Positions 15,962 through 23,008 of a stretch of 54,558 nucleotides of DNA are shown in pieces. Origin of the DNA: a virus (taxonomy: Duplodnaviria > Caudoviricetes); IMG/VR virus record IMGVR_UViG_3300027974_000045, positions 1-54,558 of that record. One strand, 5' to 3'. Positions within the stretch are counted from its first letter, which is position 1. Each line of letters starts with the position of its first letter. The notes beneath the pieces are model-generated. The model worked only from the letters and a program-made list of their open reading frames with translations. It did not search any database and was not told the origin of the DNA. Made by a program: the position numbers and the translations under genes.

Positions 15962-16142
15962 CGATGATCTCCATCTCGTGGGCCCACATGGCCTGCTGCT
16001 CGGCACCGTCGACAAACCTGACGACCTGCGGCAACAGGCCGTCGAGGACCCACCCCACCTTGCCGACGTAGCTGATGGGGGTAGCCCCCTCGACGATGCG
16101 GACGAGGGAGCCGACGGGCAGGCTGGTATTGTGAACTCTCAT
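15954..16142 (-). CDS. SH3/KOW-like mini-protein (array member)
   Basis: LPVGSLVRI...YVGKVGWV...VVRFVDG...EMEII. Confidence 0.7.
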   Translation of the reverse strand: MRVHNTSLPVGSLVRIVEGATPISYVGKVGWVLDGLLPQVVRFVDGAEQQAMWAHEMEIIDG

Positions 16143-16363
16143 GGGGTTGGGACCTTTCTCAGGTGGATGGGGCGGTGGTTCGAGGTGTTGCCGTCCACTC
16201 CCCGCATGGTGGCGTACCAGATGCCCGAGTTATGGTACTTGTCGAACTTGACGACCCATCCGAACCACTGGCGCCTGCTGCCAAACACGACATAGTCGCC
16301 GACCTTGAGCCCGTTGTGGGCTTTGATGCGGCGTGGGCGGGATTTACCGGGTAAATCAGCCAC
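16139..16363 (-). CDS. SH3/KOW-like mini-protein (array member)
   Basis: LKVGDYVVF...FGWVVKF...HLRKV. Confidence 0.7.
   Translation of the reverse strand: MADLPGKSRPRRIKAHNGLKVGDYVVFGSRRQWFGWVVKFDKYHNSGIWYATMRGVDGNTSNHRPIHLRKVPTP
16342..16356. promoter_or_regulatory. 15-bp palindrome
   Basis: atttaccgggtaaat at a gene junction. Confidence 0.8.
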
Positions 16364-16784
16364 GGCCCTTGCCCCCGTGGATTTCGGTGGTCTGCAGTAT
16401 CTCGGCCATCCGGCGCATGTTCCGCGCCCGGGTCTCCGCCTCGATGGCCGGCTCCTTTACCACGCGCCAGTGCAGGCGGACGGCGTCCCGCATGGCGAGA
16501 AAGATCGCACGCTCGGCCTCGTAGCGGCCACGTCCGTCGGCCGCCATGTCGCCACCCGAGGGGAGCGAGTGGGTGCCCTCACGGGCGATCAGGTGGTATG
16601 CCTCCGCCTCGGCGGCAGGGGCCTCGACCCCACGGTTTGCGGCGTTGACGAGGTCGAGCCCCGCCAGCGCCATGCGGCGCACGATGTGGCCCCACTCAAG
16701 CGCGGGGTTGCGCATGGCCGCCATCATGGCGTCGAGGATGTCGGTGGCGTCGCGGTAGCCATAGCCGTTGTTCGGGGTGGTCAT
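16356..16784 (-). CDS. Hypothetical helical early protein
   Basis: AAGGA RBS; first gene after the 16.9-kb promoter. Confidence 0.7.
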   Translation of the reverse strand: MTTPNNGYGYRDATDILDAMMAAMRNPALEWGHIVRRMALAGLDLVNAANRGVEAPAAEAEAYHLIAREGTHSLPSGGDMAADGRGRYEAERAIFLAMRDAVRLHWRVVKEPAIEAETRARNMRRMAEILQTTEIHGGKGRG

Positions 16785-16809
16785 GGTGTCAGTCCTTTCA
16801 GGGTCAGGG

Positions 16810-16824
16810 ATTTACCGGGTAAAT
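16810..16824. promoter_or_regulatory. 15-bp palindrome
   Basis: Between promoter and RBS. Confidence 0.8.
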
Positions 16825-16871
16825 GGGTCGGGCCCGGCACTGGTTGGGAGGGGTCTCTCAACACAACCTGT

Positions 16872-16900
16872 ATTATGGCACATTTGTGATGCTATGTCAA
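16872..16900 (-). promoter_or_regulatory. Strong sigma70 promoter for the mini-gene array
   Basis: TTGACA-N17-CATAAT, bracketed by a 9-bp inverted repeat aacacaacc/ggttgtgtt. Confidence 0.75.
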
Positions 16901-16941
16901 TGGTTGTGTTAATGGATGGGGCCACGGCTGGATGCCGTATG

Positions 16942-17190
16942 TCAGGGTGTGGGGGCCTTCTGGAGCTCGTCGTAGCCGAACCACCACGTCTCGCCGCTGA
17001 CGATATGCCGGCACTTGCAGGTGCTGGAGGCAAGGTCGATCACCACCAGCAGTGACGGGGACTTCATGACAGGCGGGGTGCGCAGCAGGCGACCACCCGT
17101 CAGGGCCGTGATGCTGTCCAGCCGCCACGGGTTGGCGCAGGTGACCACGTCACCTAGGGCGAAGGGGGCTGCGAGGTCGTGGTCAGTCAT
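16942..17190 (-). CDS. SH3/KOW-like mini-protein (array member)
   Basis: PFALGDVVTC...LVVID...WWFGYDELQK. Confidence 0.65.
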   Translation of the reverse strand: MTDHDLAAPFALGDVVTCANPWRLDSITALTGGRLLRTPPVMKSPSLLVVIDLASSTCKCRHIVSGETWWFGYDELQKAPTP

Positions 17191-17524
17191 GGGGATTTAC
17201 CGGGTAAATGTCGTCGCCGATGACCCACTTGTGGGTGCCATCGACCATGCGGATGATCCACGCAGGCGTCATGACGAAGGTATCGGAGGCGAGGGGGTGC
17301 GTGGGCTCGGCGCGGGGGTAGAGGCTCACCACCCACCCCACGGAGCCTTCGGGGTGAATGTTGGCGATCGCGTAGCTGGAGCCAGAGAGACGCCACCCCG
17401 GCTCGTGGGGTATGGGCGTAGCCGTGCGGGCCAGACGGCGCTTGAGCGCCACGCAGTCGCCGGGGGCGAAGGCGGGCTCAGGTGTGGGCGCAGGGTTGGT
17501 AGGGTGTCGGGGTGTGGGGGGCAT
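17183..17524 (-). CDS. SH3/KOW-like mini-protein (array member), possibly leaderless
   Basis: FAPGDCVAL...GSVGWVV...IIRMVDG; ATG is 7 nt from a -10 box. Confidence 0.6.
   Translation of the reverse strand: MPPTPRHPTNPAPTPEPAFAPGDCVALKRRLARTATPIPHEPGWRLSGSSYAIANIHPEGSVGWVVSLYPRAEPTHPLASDTFVMTPAWIIRMVDGTHKWVIGDDIYPVNPHD
17195..17209. promoter_or_regulatory. 15-bp palindrome
   Basis: atttaccgggtaaat at a gene junction. Confidence 0.8.
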
Positions 17525-17530
17525 GAAGCG

Positions 17531-17559
17531 AGATTATGGCCGGGGCCGGGAAATGTCAA
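17531..17559 (-). promoter_or_regulatory. Sigma70 promoter heading the early arm
   Basis: TTGACA-N17-TAATCT. Confidence 0.6.
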
Positions 17560-17569
17560 CTGCTTGACC

Positions 17570-17584
17570 ATTTACCCGGTAAAT
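17570..17584. promoter_or_regulatory. 15-bp palindrome
   Basis: atttacccggtaaat, 10 bp upstream of a -35 box. Confidence 0.8.
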
Positions 17585-17588
17585 CGCT

Positions 17589-17625
17589 TCACGCTATGTC
17601 TGCCCACAGACATAGCGTGATTTTT
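17589..17625 (+). other. Perfect 14-bp stem-loop followed by T5
   Basis: tcacgctatgtctg-ccca-cagacatagcgtga-ttttt. Confidence 0.75.
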
Positions 17626-18453
17626 AGGGGTGCGCAAGCGGAAACGCCACGAGGGGGCTCGCGCAGCGCCCGGGGACACCACCGGGGGACGAATGCGCGC
17701 TGAAAATGGTTGAGAATCGTGGTTTTTGGAGGAAAAAGTGTAGGGATTTCGGGGACTTGCCAGAGATGTCTAAGATGTACGCCTTTTTTGAGGGTGTCGG
17801 GGTTTTGGGGCCATTTTTGGCCGGGATGGGGGGTAAACTGGACGGTCACATCCAAACAACCCTAAATTAGGGACCAAAAAAAGTGGGATTGGTTTTACAA
17901 CCTAACAAATCAATGAATACAGCTTTTGTGGTTTATCTTTTTTCCTAACCCATTGGTTTCGTTGGATTTCTCCGATGGCTTCCCGCCGGCCCCCCCGCGT
18001 GCATCGCACCTAGCAGGGTACCCGTTCGGGCTAAGTGGTTGATTCTTATGACATACACGTAACCCGTCGCCAATTGCACAATTGTCGCCCAATATCGGGG
18101 CTCCGCCCCGGACCCCGGCAAACCCCCGTGGCGTAAGGATTTCCGGCTCATTTCCCTGTGACCGATTTATAACCGTAAATATCGCCCTCCGGCCACATGT
18201 TCCGCTATACATGCCGGGGTTTTATGCGCAGTTGCTAATGTATGCAGCCCCCGGGTGTATTTCGCAACCTGATCGGGTATTTCAAATAGTTCCACCGTCC
18301 AAAAATGAAACCCAGTCTATCCACATTTCGATGCGGTATGCCCAGATCGGGTATGTTTTCGTGCAACCCACGATCACATATGCCCGCCTACGCCTGCCCG
18401 GCCCGCGCGCCCCACACATGTGCGGTTTCCTCTTAGGGCGGCGCGGCGCTGGC

Positions 18454-18468
18454 ATTTACCCGGTAAAT
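18454..18468. promoter_or_regulatory. 15-bp palindrome
   Basis: ggc-atttacccggtaaat-gcc upstream of the 18556 gene. Confidence 0.8.
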
Positions 18469-18555
18469 GCCGCCCCCTTGAATGTGGGCGGATGGGGCCC
18501 TATCTACTTGTGACCGGCGCATTCCGCGACCGGCCAAACCGAAAGAGACCTCACC

Positions 18556-19356
18556 ATGGCTAACGCCATCAACAAGACCGCCAAGACCGCCGCCAAGGCT
18601 TCCGCTAACACTGCAGCCAAGGTCCGGGCCGGGATTGGCCACAATAGCAAGGGTCCGTTTGTCGCGGACCTCAAGGCTTTCGAAGTCGCCTTAACCGCCA
18701 CCTCGAAGGCTGGCGCGGATAGCGTCGCCAAGGCCAAGGAAACCGCTACGGGCCAGATCGAGGCGCTGCTGGCGGACTGGGCGACCAAGCCCGGTTTCGC
18801 CTTCATGACGGCCGATACCTATCAAGCCAAGATCGACCCCATCTTGACCCGGGTTCTGGACGCGGCCGTCGTGGCATCTGTGGCGTCATTCAAGACCGGC
18901 GCTAAGGCGCTGTTCTTGTGCGCCTCGCATGGCGTCACCGTGACGTTCACGGATGCGGAGCCCAAGGGTATTGTGAAGCGCTCCCCCAAGCGCAACGCAG
19001 CCCTGCGGACGGCGGGGGTGATCCCGGCGCTTGCGGGCTCGGGTCAGCGCGGCCGGAAGGCGAAGGCGACCGAAGGCAAGGGCGTGCTCGCCAAGTCGCA
19101 AGGTCTTGAGACGGGGCAAAAGGTTGGGGCTCCCGGGCCCAAATTCACGCCCACGCCCCCCGTCGTCGCCACCCGCACCGACTTGCTGGCGGCCGGCGCG
19201 CTCCTGTTTGGGTTGGCGGATGACAGCGTCACCCTTGGCAAGGTGATCGACGTGGTACTGGCGAACCGCGCCATGGTGCTCGCGTACTTCACCTCTTTCG
19301 ACGGCGCGGCCGCCAAGCAGGCCAAGGGCGTGAAGGGCGGAGCACCCAAGGTCTAA
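18556..19356 (+). CDS. Ala/Lys-rich protein in a stand-alone transcription unit
   Basis: 266-aa basic ORF with GIGHNS motif; followed by two terminators. Confidence 0.75.
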   Translation: MANAINKTAKTAAKASANTAAKVRAGIGHNSKGPFVADLKAFEVALTATSKAGADSVAKAKETATGQIEALLADWATKPGFAFMTADTYQAKIDPILTRVLDAAVVASVASFKTGAKALFLCASHGVTVTFTDAEPKGIVKRSPKRNAALRTAGVIPALAGSGQRGRKAKATEGKGVLAKSQGLETGQKVGAPGPKFTPTPPVVATRTDLLAAGALLFGLADDSVTLGKVIDVVLANRAMVLAYFTSFDGAAAKQAKGVKGGAPKV

Positions 19357-19374
19357 CGTCTAACCGGACCCTTC

Positions 19375-19408
19375 ACCCCCCGGCCTCGCGGCCGGGGGGT
19401 ATTTTTTT
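19375..19408 (+). terminator. Rho-independent terminator 1
   Basis: accccccggcc-tcgc-ggccggggggt followed by attttttt. Confidence 0.85.
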
Positions 19409-19421
19409 GTCCAAATTTTCG

Positions 19422-19461
19422 CGCGCTCGCCTCCTGTACAGGGAAGCGAGCGCGTTTTTTT
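19422..19461 (+). terminator. Rho-independent terminator 2
   Basis: cgcgctcgc...gcgagcgcg followed by T7. Confidence 0.75.
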
Positions 19462-19699
19462 GTGAGCAAATTCAAGGGGTTAGCAGGGGACCGGATAGGT
19501 TGCGCGGATAAGGCGTGCCACCGTGAGGGGCCGGGGGGAGGGGTGGGACCGCGGGCGGCCGAGGGCAGGGGGGTCTTAAGTAACCCATAAACCGCGACCC
19601 CTATTTTTCCCAAAAACCGTCAACCTCTTGACTTTTCCCACCAAAAAGCCCATAAAACCCCCACACCCCGCCACTTTCGCAGCCCCGCCCTCGACATCC

Positions 19700-19728
19700 T
19701 TGCCCGCGCCCTGCCAAAACCCTACACT
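19700..19728 (+). promoter_or_regulatory. Possible promoter for the packaging operon
   Basis: TTGCCC-N17-TACACT; a second candidate, TTGACT-N17-CATAAA, lies at 19628-19656. Confidence 0.4.
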
Positions 19729-19749
19729 CCCCCAAAGAGGGCCGATCCC

Positions 19750-19977
19750 ATGGCGAATACATCAGGCCGCACCTTCGCCATCGACGCCGAGACGCTGATG
19801 GAGTACATCATGCTGGAGGGCGACGCCTTCGTGGTTCACCGGCCGGGCCATGGTCACCGTTTCAACGGCAACGGCGACTGCTGGTGCAGCCCGTTGGTGG
19901 CGACCCACGAGGAAATGAGCGAGATGTCGCTCCCGGCCCTGCAGCGTCTGCTGGACGCGCACTTCCAGACCCACTGA
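19750..19977 (+). CDS. Small His/Cys-containing hypothetical protein
   Basis: GAGG RBS; H...CWCSP...H possible metal site. Confidence 0.6.
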   Translation: MANTSGRTFAIDAETLMEYIMLEGDAFVVHRPGHGHRFNGNGDCWCSPLVATHEEMSEMSLPALQRLLDAHFQTH

Positions 19978-19984
19978 GGCGCGC

Positions 19985-20404
19985 ATGAGTGACACCGACT
20001 ACGACCTTCAGAAGGTGATGGACACCTACCGGCGCGATGGCTCGCTCATTCGCGAGAAGGCGCGCGTGCTGGTGGAGAAATGGCTGGATCAGGTCTATCC
20101 GCGGATGATCAGCGACGAGACGCCGACGTCCGTGCTCCTTGACATGGGCAAGGCGCTCATGGAGTTGGGCGACCTGAAGCCCAAGAACCAGCCCGTCCTC
20201 CAGCAACAAGGCGCGGGGTTCAGCATCACGATCAACGTGCCGAGCCCCAACGGGGGCAAGCCGGTGGTGATCGAGGGCACAATGACCCCGCAGCCGCCCC
20301 CGCTGGAGGTGGATTTCGACGCGCTGCCGCCGGCCCCAGCGTGGCTGACGCACGACAGCCGCACGCCCAACGCCGAGCTGGCGTTGCCGGAGGATTATGA
20401 GTGA
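19985..20404 (+). CDS. Putative terminase small subunit
   Basis: Overlaps terL start; GFSITIN C-terminal strand motif; mainly a positional call. Confidence 0.55.
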   Translation: MSDTDYDLQKVMDTYRRDGSLIREKARVLVEKWLDQVYPRMISDETPTSVLLDMGKALMELGDLKPKNQPVLQQQGAGFSITINVPSPNGGKPVVIEGTMTPQPPPLEVDFDALPPAPAWLTHDSRTPNAELALPEDYE

Positions 20405-21852
20405 GCAGCCTCACCTACAACCCGCCGCCGTCGATCTCCGGCTTCCTGACCAGCGAGAAGTTCATCTCACTGGCGGTGGGGCCAGTCGGGAGCACCAAGA
20501 CCACGGCAGCCCTGATGAAGATCGCCTACCACGCCAAGCGCATGGCCCCTTGTCGCGACGGTATCCGACGCTCGCGAGCCATCGTCATCCGCAACACGCG
20601 CGAGCAGCTGCGGGACACCACGATACCGGACCTTTTCAAGTGGTTTCCTCCAGACATCGCCGGCACTTACCTCAAGACCGAGTACAAGTTCGAGCTGCGG
20701 TTCGACGACGTGGTGTGCGAGGTGCTCTTTCGGGGGCTCGACGACACAAATGACGTCCGGCGGCTGCTGTCCCTGCAGGCTTCCTTCGGTGTGATGGACG
20801 AGTTTCGGGAGATCAACCCCCTCATTTTCGAGGCCCTGCAGGGCCGTTTGGGCCGCTATCCCGACGGGATGATGGTGCCGCACCGCCCAGAGTGGGGCGT
20901 GGATGCCAAGGGAAACCCGGTTCAGGGGTGCGTGACGGACGACGGGACGCCGAACCAGCACCTGTGGGGGGCGACAAACCCGCCGGATGCCGACACGTTC
21001 TGGGAAAAGTTCCTTAGCGACCCGCCGGTCAACGCCGAGGTGTTCTTCCAGCCGTCGGGCCTGAGCCCCGAGGCCGACTGGGTGCAGCACCTGCCCCAGA
21101 ACTACTATGAGAACCTCGCCGAGGGTAAGTCCCCCGACTGGGTGGACGTCTACATCCACGCAAAGTTCGGCCGGTCGCTCTCGGGGCAGCCGGTGTTCCC
21201 CAGTTTCAAGGCCGACTTCCATGTGGCCAAGAACCCCCTCGTGCCCATAAAGGCGACGGAGCGGCCGCTCATCATCGGCATGGATTTCGGGCTCACCCCC
21301 GCCTGCTGCATCTCGCAGGTGGACATGATGGGGCGGCTGCTGACGTTTGACTGCCTCGTGAGCGAGGGGATGGGGCTGACGCGGTTCCTGAACGAGAAGC
21401 TCAAGCCCCTGCTGGCCCAGAAGTACCCGGGCCTGCGAGCCGTGGTGGTGGGCGACCCCGCCGGGGTGCAGCGCTCGCAGACCGACGAGCGGACATGCTA
21501 CGACATCCTGCGGGCCGAGGGGTTTCACGCCCTGCCGGCGCGGACGAACAGCATCGTGGCGCGGGTCAACGCCGTGGAGAAGTTCATCAGCCGCCAGATC
21601 GACGGCAAGGCCGCATACCTGCTGGACCCGGGCCCGGGGTGCCGGCCGCTGGTGAAGGCCATGCGGGGCGGCTACCGCTACAAGATGAAAAAGGACGGCA
21701 ACGTGGAGCCGACGCCCGACAAGGGGCCGGACAGCCACATCGCCGACGCCCACCAGTACGCCTGCCTGCACGCCGACGGCGGGGACATGACAGGCCGGGT
21801 GACCGACGCCCGGCGGGAAATCGTGAAGGTCAGCCACGTCGGCTGGACGTGA
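20401..21852 (+). CDS. terL: Terminase large subunit
   Basis: GPVGSTKT, VIRNT, MDE, ATNPP, RNase H GMDFG, SHIADAHQY. Confidence 0.93.
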   Translation: MSSLTYNPPPSISGFLTSEKFISLAVGPVGSTKTTAALMKIAYHAKRMAPCRDGIRRSRAIVIRNTREQLRDTTIPDLFKWFPPDIAGTYLKTEYKFELRFDDVVCEVLFRGLDDTNDVRRLLSLQASFGVMDEFREINPLIFEALQGRLGRYPDGMMVPHRPEWGVDAKGNPVQGCVTDDGTPNQHLWGATNPPDADTFWEKFLSDPPVNAEVFFQPSGLSPEADWVQHLPQNYYENLAEGKSPDWVDVYIHAKFGRSLSGQPVFPSFKADFHVAKNPLVPIKATERPLIIGMDFGLTPACCISQVDMMGRLLTFDCLVSEGMGLTRFLNEKLKPLLAQKYPGLRAVVVGDPAGVQRSQTDERTCYDILRAEGFHALPARTNSIVARVNAVEKFISRQIDGKAAYLLDPGPGCRPLVKAMRGGYRYKMKKDGNVEPTPDKGPDSHIADAHQYACLHADGGDMTGRVTDARREIVKVSHVGWT

Positions 21853-21916
21853 CATTGCGCCACCCCCCGGCGCATGGTAGCGTGCGACAACGCACTCCCC
21901 TCATACAGGACCTGCC

Positions 21917-22210
21917 ATGACACCGTTCACGCCGCTGTCCACCAGCAAGTTGACGAGCACGACCTCGTCCCAGACCGTGACCGTGCCCGTGGGCGCGAGC
22001 GTGCTGGTCGCCTACAACGGCGGCCCGCAGCCGGTCTATCTCAAGTACGGCGCATCTGTGGCGGTGCCCGGCGCTTGGGCCGGCAATGTCATGGCCGTGC
22101 AGCCGTACACCACTCAGGCGTTCGCCGTGCCGCAGGTCGGGGGCACGCTGGCCTACATCGCCGACACCACGGGTGGCTCGCTGGTCCTTTCGGTCGGCGA
22201 GGGCGTCTAA
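21917..22210 (+). CDS. Small beta-rich virion-type protein
   Basis: AGGA RBS; Thr/Val/Gly-rich. Confidence 0.6.
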   Translation: MTPFTPLSTSKLTSTTSSQTVTVPVGASVLVAYNGGPQPVYLKYGASVAVPGAWAGNVMAVQPYTTQAFAVPQVGGTLAYIADTTGGSLVLSVGEGV

Positions 22211-23007
22211 TGCTCGCCGCACGCCGCGTCTCCCGGGCCGGCGGTCGAGGCGACCCGGCGGCCTACGCCTACGCCGCCGCTGTCGGCACACCCCTGACAG
22301 GAGGTCAGTTCAGCGCGGTGTCGGCGGCGCTGGCAACCCTGCGCGCCACCGGCGTGCTGGCAAAGCTGGACATGCTGCAGGTCTACGGCGTGTGGGCCGA
22401 GGACCAAGTGAAGGATTGGGCGCTGCCCAGCCGCACGATCACCACCACAGGCTCGCCGACGTTTACGGCCCGAACGGGGTATGTGTTCAACGGCACGTCG
22501 AGCTACGTGCGGACGGGGTTCATTCCGTCGGCGGCGACGGTCATGACGACGAGCGACTATTTCATCGGAGCTGACGAGCGCACAAACGTGGGGGCGGCCA
22601 ACGCCCGGGTCATGGGATCATACAACGGCCCGACGCAGGGCCAGCTGCTGGTGCCTCGCAACGGGTCAAGTGTGGCGCAGGCCGGGCTTAGCTCGGCGAC
22701 CATACCGCTGGCCACGTCGGTGACGACGAGCGTCGGGCTGACGTGCGCTCAGAGCAGCGGTACACAGGGCCTCGGCTACAAGAACGGGATCGTGTCAGCA
22801 TCGGGGGCCCAGACGCTCGGGACAGCAAACGGCGCGCTGCCCACGGTCGAGCACTATGTGGGCTGCTATAACTCGGCAGGCAACTATGCCAACGGTCGCG
22901 CCGCGACCGTTGGCTACGTGGTGGCCGGCGCAGGCATGACCGCAGAGCAGCACCTGTCACTCTACGAGGCCATGACGGCGTTCCAGACTGCGGCGACAGG
23001 ACTTTAA
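22210..23007 (+). CDS. Beta-sandwich (ConA/LamG-like) putative virion protein
   Basis: ATG overlaps the upstream TAA; GYVFNGTSSYVRTG and YKNG motifs. Confidence 0.55.
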   Translation: MLAARRVSRAGGRGDPAAYAYAAAVGTPLTGGQFSAVSAALATLRATGVLAKLDMLQVYGVWAEDQVKDWALPSRTITTTGSPTFTARTGYVFNGTSSYVRTGFIPSAATVMTTSDYFIGADERTNVGAANARVMGSYNGPTQGQLLVPRNGSSVAQAGLSSATIPLATSVTTSVGLTCAQSSGTQGLGYKNGIVSASGAQTLGTANGALPTVEHYVGCYNSAGNYANGRAATVGYVVAGAGMTAEQHLSLYEAMTAFQTAATGL

Positions 23008-23008
23008 G

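Noticed and set aside
13277-17584. CRISPR or mini-array formed by the palindromes
   Set aside because: Repeats are only 15 bp, spaced hundreds to thousands of bp apart with genes between; no cas operon.
18317-18325. DnaA box ctatccaca
   Set aside because: A single one-mismatch copy is insufficient evidence.
17589-18513. Short ORFs in the divergent region
   Set aside because: Atypical composition, no clear RBS, and mutually overlapping; treated as non-coding.
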